Of a stretch of 64,000 nt of DNA, positions 1 to 15,400 are shown in pieces. The stretch is from Callorhinchus milii (Eukaryota). The translations under genes and the position numbers were made by a program. The notes under the pieces were generated by a model. That model saw nothing but the letters and a program-made list of their open reading frames with translations. It made no database searches and had not been told where the DNA came from. Position 1 is the stretch's first letter. The number at the start of each line of letters is the position of its first letter. The stretch lies in the NCBI RefSeq assembly GCF_018977255.1, contig NW_024704743.1, forward strand, positions 95,668,001-95,732,000. The letters are read 5' to 3'.

Positions 1-302
1 CATCCATTTTGTTGCATATTTTATTGTTGGTATGTGGGGGAAGGGGGAGGAGAGAGAAAGAGAAAAGTTACAACATCAACTTGCAGGTTTCATTTCAGAT
101 GGTTAAAAATGTTAATTTTTTTCCACATGACCACTTGCAATTATTCCAGCTGATTTTTGCCTGGTCCCAATCATCAATTTCAAGTGTTCGAGTTAAATTT
201 TAACAGCAAAAAGTTAAACAAACAGGATTGTTCCACTGGTTCGATTCCTCTTTGGAACGTCAACCAGACATGCGATTGAACAGAACTGCAAACTGCAATA
301 AT

Positions 303-432
303 TTAAGCACTGATGCCAGACAAACCAGCAGCAGAAAAATTTTGTTCCTGTCTCAGCTGAAAGCAAGAAGGCACACGAGAGAAATTCTTCACAGATGTGT
401 CCAAGGTTAATCCAACTTCCTGCATTGAAAAC
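303..432 (-). CDS. AZIN1: AZIN1 exon 12, coding part ([42 protein letters not shown]); the 3' UTR probably runs off the window edge
   Basis: tttttttgtctcag|G; TAA at 305-303; VPSC.QL.QE similar to the AZIN1 C-terminus. Confidence 0.93.
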
Positions 433-3400
433 CTGAGACAAAAAAACAAAACTTCATTAAGCAGAATGAACAAATATGGTCTTTCCAACTAGTTTTGTGA
501 TATAGTGGAACCTCATTACCCATAAAATTCTACCTATATAACAGGCACAACAGTAGTTTCATTGAGCACTGCCAACTGATCTACTCTCTCAGTTGTTTTC
601 CCGATCAAAAGGAAAATGACCGATTTTAGGATCATTCGGTCACCACCATTATCACTTTCTGTTTGGTACGCTTGAGCAAAGTAGAAATTGATGTTATAGG
701 AAACCTGATGACCCCGAAGTTGGTCTTTTAAACACAGGAAGCTAAAATGGCCAACTTCTGTCTTATTTGGTCACTGAAGGCATAATTTCCTGCTTTGGAC
801 ATATGTCGCAAGGAAGTGATATCAGCAGCAACCCAATACCAGGAAAGTCAGCTGGCACATGGGAAGCAGATGGGCTGGCTACATGCATGAAAGCGAATGG
901 GGTTCACTACGTTATAACTAAATTTGTTCTATAAGGAACTGTTTGTTTATTATTTATAAATATTACATTTCCTTCACATTAATTTGGTAAACAATCATCA
1001 CTTACCAATCATTGATCGACATCACACAATACACTGGGGGTCTCTGGAACTCGCTGAACGCAGACTGCTCTAAGGTGTATGCTCCCATGTTTTCAAAGAT
1101 GACCCAATCACCAACATTCAGTTCGGGCAGGAGACAGTGCTCTACAACTTGATCAAGTCCATCACAGGAGGGGCCCCACAGGCTGCTGCCAAATACAGGT
1201 CCCTCTGAGTTTGGGTTCTAAACAAAAGAAAACAAGATTATCAGGATAATTCTACTGCAGCATCTCACATTTTATTTAAGAGATAAAGACAAAAGATGTT
1301 CACAGCTGTTAAATATGTATCTTACAATATCTCAAATAATCCTTGCATTTGATATAGCTCCTTTCAAGTCAGGACGACATCTTAAAGCGATTCACTGGAT
1401 TTATTGTTACATGATGAGACTGTGTACTCTGTAGGTGAAGATGGCTGCCTGTTTGGTCACAACAATATTTCACAAACAGCTATGATCTGTAATAGTACTC
1501 GTTTTCAAATCTAAATGAGTCTAGGCTGGATCCTTTATTTTCTCTTCCCAAAGCAACACGTATCCGCTCACCGAACTGATGAGCATGACATTTTTAATCT
1601 AGAACTAGCCCTCGCTATGAACAGCTAGTCCTACACCAGTTCAGATTTAGTCTGGGCTTGGGCCAATTTACAAAATTACAATTAAGCTTTTGTATAAAAA
1701 CTCAATTTTATTTGGTGACTTCAAAAAGCTAATGAAGTGTTCAAATTCATAGCATAATAATCCTTGCATTTGATATAGCACCTTATCATGTCTTTGAGAA
1801 GTCTCAAAGTGCTTCACAGAATATACTGTAAAGTGAATTGACTGTATATTTTGTGGGTGGAACGCAGTAGCCAATTATGCATAGCAATGTCCCACAAACA
1901 GTCGTGGATTGCATGTCCAAATTATTATTTTTTGAAGGTATTATTACTCCCGGAAAAGCAATCCGACAATCGACTAGCAACCGAGTTCCTACTTACTGCT
2001 GGGTAAACAGAGGCTTGTGGAGTGAGGAAACTTGCCTAAGGTTTCACTCTGCCCGGGAATGAAACCCGGGTCCTCTTGCTTACGAGGTGAGTGCTCTAAC
2101 CAATATGCTACAGGCCTCCACATTATACCCGCTCTCCCATATAGCAATCTCACCTTGTGAAGAATTGGAATGGCACTCATAGTTCCATACAAATTGTTCG
2201 CAAAAGACCCATAAACACCATCACTTATGTAATAGATGAAGAATGGTTCATCGTTCATGGTGGACTCTACCACTGTAAAACATCAAGGACATCACATTTG
2301 GCCTGGATTATTTTCAGAACTCTATACTTTTACCACTAATCAATATTACAACAGAGAGCAAGTAATTGGGGAACTGGGTGACCAGTAGATTGGTAGCTGG
2401 GTTTAAATCCAACAGATGGATTGATCTCTTTTTGACAGCTTTAAGGGTCATTTATGAAAAGGGTTTTCATCCGTCCCACTCCAGTTGTTAATTGAAACAA
2501 CTGCATAAACCTACCGACAACCTGGCAACCTCACTCATGGAAGCTACCAGGTTGGAAGGAAACAGGAGAGGAAACTGATGCAGCAAGTAGTTTGTAAAGG
2601 TACATTGCCAAGGCACTGCACAACCAAACAAATGTACAGCACAGCACGAGGTCATTTAACATTAGCATTTATTCCTCGAATGAAGCCATCCACCCTAATT
2701 CCAATTCCCAGCTCAATACCCTTCCTCTGCTTCAACAGCCACCCTGGCAAATGATTGTATACACTGATTACCCTCAGAGAGAAAAAAATACTTAATTCTT
2801 AATTCTTTAGTTGCAACCTGATATTATTTAAATCTTTAACTTTGTGTTGGAATCACCAACCAATTTTATTAAATGTATTAATTTCTGTACTCTGTCACTT
2901 CATGTCACTGTTAACATCTCCTAATTTAACATCAACAACAGTCTATATTTGTATAATGCCTTCCACGTATGAAAAATATCTCATAGCATTTTACAAAGAC
3001 TGAGTGGGAGTTCAAAGATGGGAGGGAGAAAAAGGGAGTGGGGGGAGGTGGCAGAAGGCACTATCAATTGTTCTTTAGATAGATTTTGACAAACTTGGTT
3101 AAAGCCTGGATAAAAGTCAAACAAGAGTTGAAGGGTTGAACAAAGTTTTCAAGGTTCCACACATTCTGCACGAGTTGATAGTTAGCAATCCACAAATTTG
3201 GATATTATTTTCTTTAAGCCTATGTCCAGCACATTTAATATAAATAAGATGTCCCTCCCTTCAATCTCTGAGGCACATCACTAACTATTTTTTTTGTCAG
3301 GGGCTCCAAAAATGTGCTTTAATTTCCAATCTTCTCCAAATAGTCATCTATTCAAATCCCAATTCCCTGCTCTATCTAATTCTCTTCCACAGCACATGCT

Positions 3401-6400
3401 TGTCCAATTCTTTTTTAAATGCCCTAATCGACTGCTTTCATAGTCAGCTCCAGCAAATCATTCCATATTCTCATAACCCTCTGGGATAAGCAGTTCTTCC
3501 AGACCTCTCCAGTTAGTCCCTTTGTTAGTCTTGAATTTATGCCCTCTTGTTCTCAAACTCCCTAGCAGTGTAGGGAATTTTTCACAATTAATTCTTTCGG
3601 ACTGTCTTTATCTTATAAACACTATCAATCTTCTCCACTTCAATGGAAAGAAGCCTAACCTCCCTAGCAGCTCCTCGTGGTCGTATCCTTTCATTTTCAG
3701 TATCAGATTCATGAACCTATATTGGACTCTTTCCTTAAGTTCTGATAACCTTCAGACAGAACTTAAAAAAAAGCTTTAAAAACACCAAATTCACTGCAAT
3801 TGGTTATTAAAATTTATTGATATGGTGGTAACCAGAGAACAGCATTAACTCACTATTGTCATCTTCTTAATTCTATTGCTGATGAAAGACAAAAACAATG
3901 GGATTACCTCCAGACTGATCTTGAGAGTCTCTTGCAACAACCTTCTTGGCTACAATGTTTACTGCCAGAGTAAATGCAGAATTCACATAGTAGCTCCCAG
4001 GCTCAGCAATGATTTTAATACCACTTTCAGGAGGAAAGTAAATATCAAGGAGTGGACTGATGGCATCAAAAACCTAGAATTGGGAGACAAAAATCACAAT
4101 TGTATACAGCATCAAACGATATTTATCATCTGTATTATATAGAATTTAAAATAAAGTCACCCAAGACTAATGGCCAGCCCTATTTAATAATGTTCACATA
4201 CGACTACCAGCTACATATGAAAACCCAGTCACGCACATTCTAAAAATAAACATATAAACAACTGGTTTATATGCAAATTATTTAAGTGCTTTATCATATA
4301 TAAAAACAATGCTTCATTGTTCTTTCCCATTCTGTGCAGAGAAACATGCTTTCAGGCCTGTGCTATTGCCATCAAATGCTTTAAAGTAGTCCATTCTCAC
4401 ACTTTCACTCCCCCGTAAACACATTTATTGTTTGCTTACTTGACCATGACAGCACAGTTGAGATTGATAACATCTGATTGTTCTGTGGTAGGCTACATAA
4501 GAATTTATAGCCCCATCCTTAGAACTCATTTACTTAAATATTGGAAGTATAAGGGCTCTCTCCTACCTTTTCAAGTTGTAATTCACAATCTGTCCCAGAA
4601 AATCCACCTCCAATGTCCAGAAAGTTCATGTTGAAACCAAACTCTTCCTGTAAGATACAGACATTACTACAACAAAATGGGAATGTATTACACATAATTT
4701 CAGTTTTAAATAGTTAAGTTGTAGCACCTTTTATAAATTAACTATTATGTTATAAAATGAACTGAACAATGGTATTTGAAAGAACACCACTGTTCAGTTC
4801 ATCTTTTCAAATAATGTAACTTAGCCTTCACATCCTTTTGTCTCCTTATTCAACTTTTATGATCTGTTCTTACTATATTTTCTATAGGTACATATAATTT
4901 GTCGAATTCTCCTCATAGCCCCAAAGCATGCTTTAGAAATACTTGAGTATGGTCCCAAGGATACAAGCTAAACACTGCAATTCATGCTTGCGCAGAACTC
5001 ATTATCCACACCTCCTTCTCCTCAAGGGAGAAGAAGCAATGAAGGATGGAGTGGTCAACACTGTTAAAAGGTGCCAGAGAAATTGGTCGTTATGGGACCT
5101 TTTTGAATGATGCAGGCAAGGTTGAAATGCAGATTGCACAGACTCATACTGGGACTGGTGGGAGAGGAAAGAGTGAAGCTGGGAATCCAGGACCTTGGAG
5201 AGGTAGGGAAGGTTGGAGATGGGGCAGTAACTGGAGAGTTTGGAGGAGTCCGGTGTATTGTGTTTGTTTTTTTGAAAAGGGGAGGTGAAAAGGGCAGTTT
5301 TGAAATAGTGAGGTACTACGGCAGAAGTAAAGCTGAGATTGATAGGTCGACGGGCAGAAGTTCAGAAGCAATAGCTGGGTGGACAGGAACTGTATGAGAC
5401 TGAGTGACTTTCTTCAGCTTAAAATAGAATTAAACAACATGTTAAAAACAAAATCCCTTTAAATTAAGAGAAAACCTCAGAAACAAAAATCTTTTTAAAG
5501 TCTTTATAAAACATCTTTTGTCCTATTTAGGCAGTACGTGTGCAGGATTACTCCAGACACTGAGGCCTCTGGCATATTATCTCGTAAAACATGCAGTCAA
5601 CAACAACAACTTGGATTTATATAGTGCCCTCCACGCTGGACGGCGTCTCAGCCCTTCACAGTAACGGATCCCGGGAGCAAGCCAGGGGGAGGAGGAAGGT
5701 GACCAAAGGCGCGGTCGAAGAGAAAGGTCTTCAGCAGAGACCTGAAAATGGGAAGGGAGGGAGCGAGGCGAAGGGAGTGAGGAAGGGAGTTCCAGAACCT
5801 CGGGGCATAGTGGCTGAAGGCACGGCGGCCGAGGGTGGAGCGGAGGACAAGGATTAGGCCAGACCCGGAGGAACGAAGGCAACGGGTACTGTTTTGAGGA
5901 GAGAGGTCAGAGGAGTGCAGGGACTTGAATACAAGGGTGAGGATCTTGAAATCGATCCTCTCTGGGATAAGCAGCCAGTGTAGTCTGGCAAGGACTGGGG
6001 TGACCGGGGAGCAGAGTTTCGTGTGGGTGAGAATGCAGGCGGCAGAGTTTTGAATGATTTGGATTTTATGGATGGTAGTGGAGGGGAGGCCGGCGAGGAG
6101 GGCGTTAGAGTAGTCCAGCCGAGGTGACAAAGGCATGGACCAGGGTTTCAGCGGCTTTTGGGGAGAGGTATTGGCGGATACGGCGGGGGTGGACGAAAGC
6201 GGTGCTGGTGAGGGACCGGATGTGGGGGAAGGATAATTGGGGGTCAAACCTGACGCCTAGGTTGTGTACGGGTTCGGAGAGTTTTAGGGGGGGGTGGAGG
6301 AGGTGAGAGCCGTGAGATTTTAGTCGTCGACGAGAGCCAAAGAGTATGTCTTCTGTTTTGTCAACGTTCAGCTGAAGGAAGTTTGCGTTCATCCAGCCCC

Positions 6401-9400
6401 TGAGATTTGACAGGCAGGCTGACAGAACATCAGGGGACTGGGGTTCGCAAAGAGAGGTGGTAAATAGAGTTGGGTGTCATCCGCATACATGTGGAAATGT
6501 ACCCCATGTATGCGGATGACATCCCCAAGAGGGAGCATGTAGATCAGAAAGAGGAGGGGGTCAAGGATGGATCCTTGGGGTACCCCGCAGGTGATCGGGT
6601 GAGAGCGGGAGGAGAAGCCGTTTGTGCAGATGTACTGCTGGCGGTTTGTGAGGTAGGACTCGAACCAGGCGAGTGTGGTCCCACTGAGGTGGATGACGGA
6701 GGAAAGGCGGTGGAGGAGGATGGCGTGATCGACTGTGTCGAACGCGGCGGAGAGGTCCAGGAGGACAAAGAGGCAGAGGGAGCCCTGGTCACGGATAGAG
6801 AGGATGTTGTCTGTGACTTTCACAAGTGCAGTCTCTGCACTGTGAGCAGGGCGGAAACCGGACTGGAGGGGTTCGAAGAGGGAGTGGGAGGAGAGGTGTG
6901 CGCGGAGTTGGTTGGCAACTACGCGTTCCAAAACTTTTGAGAGGAAGGGCAGGTTAGAAGTAGGGCGGTAGTGGCTGGGGTTTGAGGGATCTAGGGTGGG
7001 TTTTTTCAGAAGGGGGGTGATGACAGCAGTTTTGAGGGAGGCAGGGATTGATCCAGAGGAGATGGACTGGTTGATGATGTCAGCCAGTAGTGGGCAGAGG
7101 AGGGGGAGCTGGGTGACCAGTAAGTTGGTGGGGAGGGGGTCAAGACAGCAGGTGGTGGGTTTCATGGAGGTGATGGTGGGTGAGGAGGAGGAGGGAGAGA
7201 TGGGGAGGAAGGAATGAATGGGGGTGGTGGTAGGAGCAGATGATGAGGAAGGTGAGGGGGACAGAGAGGGTATGGTGGTGGGTGACAAGGGGCAGGTGGA
7301 TGAGGCTGCCTGGCGGATGTTAAGTATTTTAGAAGAAAAGAAGACCATGACCTCCTCGCACTTGGCATTTGATACGAAGATTGAGGCCTGAGGGGGGGGC
7401 ACGGAGGAGGTAGTGGGTGGTGGAAAAAAGGATTTTAGGGTTGTGTTTAGCCCCCAAGATGATGTTGAGTAGAAGGCTGTTTTTGCACAAGTCAAGGAAC
7501 AGCGGTAGCTGTGGAGATGCTCGAGCCACAGTTGGAGGTGGACTGTCAGGCCAGTTTTCCGCCATCTGCGCTCGAGCAGCCGGGTTTGGGTTTTTAGGTG
7601 GCGGAGATGGTTGTTGTACCAGGGGGATCGGGTGGGTTTGGAGATGGTCCTGGATTTCTGGGGCACGAGGGAGTTGAAGGTGCAGGAGAGAAGATCATGG
7701 AGCAGCTGGACGGCTGCTTCAGGATCTCTGCGGGTGGAGGGCCAGAGGGATAGGATGCTTGATGATGAGAGGGCGTTTGTGAGGGTCTCAGGTGGTAGCC
7801 TTTTCCAAAGGCGGTAGAGGATGGTTGAGGGCTTGGTGGAGGAGAGGGGGATTGAGAGGAGAAGAAGATGAAAAAGTGGTCCGAGATGGCCTTGTCCACT
7901 ATGCTGAGGTCGGAAATGTCAAGACTATGGGTGATGACGAGGTCAAGTGCATGACCACAATTGTGGGCAGGTGAGTTTATATGGAGGGTAAGGTGTAGGG
8001 AGAAGAGGGCAGTGAAATCGGCAGAAGTCAATGGAGCCCACATGTGATGATTTATAAAACTAGTTATCTTTTCTCTAAACCTTTAAAGATGAATTTTAGC
8101 AAAAATATCCATATTTGTAGTGAACTGAATATGATAAACATCTACTTCTACCAGCAGATGGCACTCTTGTCTATTAATCTTCTTAAAATATAGCATTTAA
8201 TAGTAATTCTTGCATTTGATATAGCACTTTTGACGTCTTCTAGAAGTCTCAAAGCGCTTCACAAACTACCCTGTAAAGTGAATTGACTGTATACTTGTGA
8301 GCGAAACCTGCAGCCAATTGCGCCAACAATGTCCCACAAACAGTCATGGATTGAACAATTTTTTTTCCTGAGGGATTATTATCAGGTATAATAATAATAA
8401 TAATAATAATAATCCTTGCATTTGATATAGCGTTTTTCACGTCGGGAGGACGTCCCAAAGCGCTTCACAGAATATACTGTAAAGTGAATTGACTGTATAT
8501 TTGTGGGCGAACGCGGCAGCCAATTGCGCACAGCAATGTCCGACAAACAGTCATGGATTGAAAATGACCAATTTTATTATTGCTTTGTTTTTTGGAGTGA
8601 TTATTATTAGGCGTGTGGAATAAGGAAACTTGCCCAAGGTTTCACCCTGCTGGGAATTGAACCATTTAATATTTGCAGTCTGATTTTTAAGTCATTTTTA
8701 ATACTGAGGAGCAGGCAACCTCTGATGTAAAGTTTATATGGTATGAAGGTTCAATTCCCAAACAAGCTTTCCAAGCAAACTAAAAAAATTGATTCATCGA
8801 CATTGATTTATTGTAATGGGTGAAAGACCATAATGTGGTATTATAACTATTTCTTAACTAGATGTTGTGAAAGTAACTTTGATTTGATGACAACACAAAT
8901 AGAATACTCACAGCCATATCAAAGACACACCGAGCATCCGCCAAGCCATGTAAATATGCCTCTCTACTGCCAGCCAAGGTTGAAACATGAAATCTGGTAA
9001 AGAGATTTTTTTTTAAAAAAAGCGCATTTTACCTTTTGTGATCACCTTCTATAAATCAATATAATGGATAAGTAATTAAAACACAAGGGAACTGCAAAAT
9101 TATCAGTAGAAAATTCATCTGAAATGCTGGAAATTCACTGCAGGATATTCAGTATATGAACATATGATGCTGAAGCATTGACTTTTTCCCCCTTCTTTTC
9201 CACTGAACTGCTAACAATTTCCATCATGTTTTTACATTTCAAATCATTTCAGTATAATAGTGTCCACTCCACCAGGCAATGAGGGTGAAGAAGCAGTGAT
9301 CTGCAATAATATTCACCAACAGCAATTTAGTCACTAACGGAGAAATTGACAATACATGACAGCCAACCTGTGGGAATCCTGCAATTTACGTCCAGCTCTT

Positions 9401-12400
9401 TGTCATGGGGATCCCTGCTAGTAACTGGCCGCACATTCTGCCAGTTACTAGCAGAATTCCCTTTCACAGACTTAAGCCATCAGATTGTTGATGAATCTCT
9501 GCCACTTTTTTTTAACCTGGTGATCTCCAATTTAATTCAGAACACTTTAAATGACATCTTCAATCAGCCTTAAAAATGGATAGGTTGCATGCCTTGTGTC
9601 TTTCGTGTACACAGAATTATTAATAGAACTATTTGGTACAAATTACTGGATCTGTTTCCTGATTATATTTCCAAATATATTAATATATTAAATTATACGT
9701 TCTAAACATGTATAATTTAATATATTAACCGCAGCAGTACACACAAGGCAGATAGGCAGAGAGAGAAAGGCAGTTAGAAAGGCCGTGAGAGCGAGAAAGA
9801 AAGAGTGAGAAAAGCTGGCACAGTCATTTATATTTGGTGTGATTACTTGATATCTGTGCTGGTTGCAATTTGTGCAGATGTACTATATAATTGTATTCCA
9901 ATCTGAAACGGCTATTCCCATGTCTGCTTACTCGTATTGGGCCTGTGATGCAGATGTTCAATTGGCTGTGAAGTCAACATTTTTTTTTAAGTTGGTTTAA
10001 CTGAGCAGCTCGAGATAATGAAACGTGAACCGGGGTAAGTACAGGATGAGAGAGAAAGAAAAAGAAACAGATATAGGCCCAATATTTGCATTGATTTCAT
10101 TCTTCACAATGGAACTGATCCCAATTAGTGCAGATATTATGCTTTCTACTGTATGGGCCACAATCTAATTACAGTAATTTCTTATAAAATTAAATTTAAT
10201 TGAAACTGCATTTTTTCCCCTCTTTTTTTACACAACTATAACAATGGAGAGAACATTGCTACAGTGGACTCAAGATACATGGAAGGGAACAGAGCATTGC
10301 TATATAGCCTGAGGGTCTAACTAAAGACACAAAGGAAGACGAATTGGAACCTGCACGGCACAGTGTCTGATCCAAGACCTCTAACCTTCTCCATATTGGC
10401 TGCTATTGTGGACTGGAGCTTCCCATCCACCCGTACCCATCCTCCCGATGTGAAAGGCGCTACACAGATGTAATCTTGTTGTTGCACTCCATTTATTTAT
10501 TTACCCCCAGTTTTCTTGTTCCTATTCTTCAATTTGTTTTTTTTTTAAAAAATGTAAATTTAAATGTAGTATGTCATATGAAATGGGCCAATATTTAAAT
10601 CTGTCTAAGTCAACTTATTACTGTTTCTGGGATATTGCTGGTTCACATTGGTGGTTGTATTTACATGCACAACAAACCTTCTACATTAAATACAAGTTTA
10701 GTAATTATTTCCAAATCATATTCCCCCCGCCTCCCTCACCCAACTTGAGTCATTATTTTAGGCTCCATCTGCTTTATGCTTCAGGGGGATTTTAAGGAAG
10801 TTCCTGCACAACTGCAAAGAAATGTGGACTTATCCTTCATAACATTCTCTCCTCACCCAAATTCACTCCAATTCAAATTGATTGGATATTTATTTCATCG
10901 TTATAATAATCCTTGCATTTGATATAGTTATGTATCAAATTGTCTCAAATACTTCACAAAATTTACTGGAAAGCAAAGTGCAGGTGCATTTGGGGGCAAA
11001 AAAGAGTAGCTAATTTGCATAGCAAAATCCCACAAACAGCCACGAGCTTACAATTTATCACATCTAGGCTCGACTACGCCAACCCACTGCTTGTGGGCCT
11101 TCCAAACTATTCCCTCCACAAGCTGCAGATCATCCAGAACTCTGCAGCTCATGTCCTCTCCAGCACCAGGCTCCATGACCCTATCACCCCCACCCTCGCC
11201 CGGCTCCACAAACTCCCCATCTCCAAGAGGATAGAGTTTTAAAATCCTTGTCCTCTCCTTCAAGGCCCTCCACAGCCTTGCTCTTTTTTCCTACCTGTGA
11301 CCTGCTAACCCCATAGCAACCTGTCCGCTCCCTCCACACAGCAGGCAGCGGTCAGTCTCTCTGCCCCTACTCCATAGTCCCTTTGTCTCCTTCAAGGCAC
11401 GTCTCAATAACCTCCTCTTTGATTGCATTTTTAGTCACTCTCCCTGATCCCAAACCCCCACCAGCTCGGGTCCAAATTCCTGACTCTCCAGTGCCTTGGA
11501 CCGTCATCCAGACGTGAAAGGCGCTATTCAAATGTAATTTTGTATTGTATTGTAATTGTTGACCAAGACAGTGGGAGAAACTACCATCTCTTTTTTTAAA
11601 CTGTTGTTGCTGGTGTAAACTTGCTGTCACATTTACCTACATAAAATTCACTTAATTTTTAATTAATCTCTACAACTATTTGTTAAGTACAATGCACTAT
11701 ATAAATGCAAGTTGTTAAACATGTGCCAGTTAGGTACAACAGTAATTTGCATTTATATAGTGCCCCTCACGCAGGGTAGCGTCTAAGAGCACTTGACAGT
11801 GGTGTAGCATGATGCCGAGTCGGGGAGGTCACTATAGGCACGGTCAAAGAGGAAGTTGCATCCCAAGGGTATAAAAATGGATATAAAGGGGCAATCTGCA
11901 CCAAATGTTATAACTACATTTATATTGCGCCTTTCATGCAGGATAGGGTCTCCTGAGGTTTGTTCTTTTTTTTTATCTCTGTTCTCTGATTTAAGATTCA
12001 ACTTTGAAATCATAGATGCATATTAAACAAAAGGTTATTCAGTCCATCCAATCAAGATTAGACTGTTTGCTTTATGCTCATCTTGAGGCAAACCGCCACA
12101 TTGTACAAAGATAAGCACACTACTCACCTGACACCAACCACCTGAATCCCTAGCTTTTTAGCAGATTCCAAGAGATGTCTGCAATTCTTCAGAGTAGCTC
12201 CAAACTTCATGCTCATCTCATTTTCTGTGCTTGAATCAGTAGTTGCAATGTCTACCAAGAGCCTAAGAGAAGGGGAAGATGATTGGGGCACAGTTGGTTT
12301 ACATCATCATATGTGTAGCCTGAAGAATACGTTGCCAGGATCTCCTGCTTCCAAGCTCTGAATGTGAACCTAAACAAAAAACAAATCCTGCACAGGAGAG

Positions 12401-15400
12401 AAAACTGGTGATTAGGGCCTAAATGTGTAGCTACATACATTGTAAAGGACATGGGGGGGGAAAACATTGCAGCAAGCCAAGTTGTTTCATTAAAGAATTG
12501 GCTGGGTGCTGTAACAAAAGAACTAATATTTAAAATGACAGTTTGTGACATATTTAAGTCATTTCCATTCAAAACAATTAATACAAGTTCTTTCAAGCTA
12601 CAAAAACACATTTTAGCTTTCAATGAGCAATATTATTACTTCATTTTTTAAATAGAATAAAAACAATTGCTTTATATATTTCTAAATTATTGAAAATTTT
12701 ATATATCACAGTAAAGTATAATTCTAAGGTTTTTGCATTTATTTTTAATAAAGCATCATCTAAAATAAAATCTGACAAATCACTTCCCATCCAGGATTAT
12801 GTTTTATGCTGGATTTAGGACTACAAATTACTTTACAATATTACATCACACACCAGGTTTTCAAAGTAACAGAGAAAATATGCTCAGTTGCAATTAAACT
12901 CTACTGCACTTTTAGATATGTTTAAATTAAACATGGGTATTAAAGTGATGTGTCTATTTTATAAGCAGCAAACTGATTAGATAACAATTTGGGTGTAATT
13001 TTTAGATTCTATGTGTCACCATGTCTATTTATGACGTGCTCAATGTAAATAAAATCAAATGAAAGACCAGTTGAAATAAAACCAAACCAAGTTTCAGAGA
13101 ATTGTATTTTGACAATTAATTGTATTATTGCAAAACGCATCCAGAAACATTTTACAGATTTGACCACACACAATGGTCATTTTAAACTACACTGTATCTC
13201 ATGGAAGAACTTGCAACAAAAAGGTAAATTAAAACGTCAATGAAATAAAAAAAATTCACAGTCAAAAATGGTATTGTAAAGGAAAGTTCTAGGTTTAGGA
13301 AAAAATGGAAAATACTTTATCCTCAAGTTAAAAACAAGCCTTCTCCTTTAAATGAAGGAATACTCCACATACCATGGGTAGGTCACCAATCCATTTATAA
13401 AATATCCCCACGAATCCTGTCCCTTTAAGATTTGGGTGGTACCATTATATGCTACGTACAAGGATGTCCTGGGTAGCAACTCCCATTCTTTGTACTTTTT
13501 GTTATACGGTTCAAACAATTTTAGTTTAATTTTTTTATAAAAATAGATGATTCATAAACACTTAGATTATTTTGTTCTAAATAGGCCATTTCCATTACAA
13601 CACTGAAAACAAAGATCAGCCTGTCCTGTCTGGCCTGTAATCTCTCTCACAAAATAGACCATACAGCCCACAGATAATAGCTATTTGCTGCCACCAACAC
13701 AATTAGTACAATTCACTATTGTGAAGTTTCAGAGAAATTAGAAGTGATAACTAGCCACACTGCTGCTCAGTTCAACCTTTTAAAGGTCTTGTTTGTTTCA
13801 AAGAATTTATGAAGATGCACAAAACGTGTAATGTTTTGAAAAATGCCGTCTGCCCAGACAGCTGATTTTCAGTATTCTAATGTTCAAAACTCACAAAGAG
13901 GCCTAACAATTAAATGCAAAATTTGAGTTGTATGATTAAAAAACTTAATTCAAAGCGTTTCACAGGGAATTTCTGTAAATTCCGTAAATAGACATTTCTG
14001 CAACGTTCTAGTGATTCTGGATTTATGAGCAAATGACTGCCAATTTATGCACAGCAATATTCCACAAACAGCTATGAAATGAATAACCAATTGTTATTCG
14101 GAGGATTATTGGCAAGGATACTGGGAGAAACTCTTTTCACTTACTGAATTGGGAGCAGGGCTCTAACATCGGGACCTTGGTTTAAAGCCTCATGTGAAGA
14201 ACAGTTTGTTTGGAAAACTACACCTTACAAAGCAGAGCTTCTCCAGCAATGCACTGAAGTATAAGCCTAAACTGCAAATCCAAATGTTTGCAGATACTAA
14301 GGCGATAGTTAAAATTCTATCTTGTTCAATGGAGAAAACAGAAAGTGCAACTCCCACAGGGAAGACTATTTAGGGAAAGGGAATTGCAAGCTTACAGTTC
14401 GAATCAAAACCTCAATAACAATTCCTAAGTTTATTGTAACATTACAGGTGATCAACTTTTACTGGTGCTCCCTATTCAGTCAGAGAAGCAGTCAAAATAA
14501 AATGCCAAATCACAATCATAGTAAACAAACACTTTCCAGAACACTGGTCCCCAAGTCTAATGAGACTATCTTAATTATCATTAGAAAGCAAGACTGAGAA
14601 AGTGTGTGTATGTGTGAGTTTTTTTAATCACTGTGCTGAGAGATTCAAGAGCAGCTAGAATAACTTTTGCCATCTCCCTGTAGCCATTAAAGGATCACAC
14701 CACTTTTGCAATAGTGCAATAGTCTTGAATTTGGTTTTCGCATTTACTCTAGGCCGGCTAAAAGACTTCCGTTTCTAGACTTAATATAACTGCCTGAACT
14801 TAACAGCTGCACCATTCACTTGGCTCCTTTCTAAAAAAATACTTGGGACAAAGCTGCCTATCAAGTGACATTCATATTTGATCAAAGGAATAAAATATTC
14901 CACCTGGTAAACTATCAAAACATCTGTACAGTGTCATCAAATAATTTCAGTGTTGCCCTACCAAGAACTAAAACATTCACAAATTTGGTGCAAAAGCACA
15001 CTTATGCAAATGTTCTTAACAAAGGCGTGTATTCCCTGAAAAGTCTTCAAGTGACATTGCTTCTTGAAGATGTAACAAGTAAGACATATATAGTCAATGC
15101 ATGCCAATTTCAGGGAAAATCAATTTTAAATGTTAATTTAATCAATTTTAAAAACCAATACTAGACAATTTTGGTAACAACTTAAGATTTCAGCTTCTAA
15201 GTTAACAATGTGACAGTAGCAGAGTATGTCAGTATTTTTTAAATGCAATGCCCAGGAACACTACACTAGAAGTAGGAAGACTCCAGCCACATGTTTGAGG
15301 ATAAAGCAATCTACCCTGCTGGTTGTTTACACACTTACTTGGCACTAGGATGATTGCGTGCAATCTTCAAAAGTTCAACGTCATTGTCACAACTCATGAT

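Noticed and set aside
6389..7666. 425-aa RT ORF as a domesticated or active gene
   Set aside because: Part of a 5'-truncated, frameshifted L2 with many sibling copies in the window.
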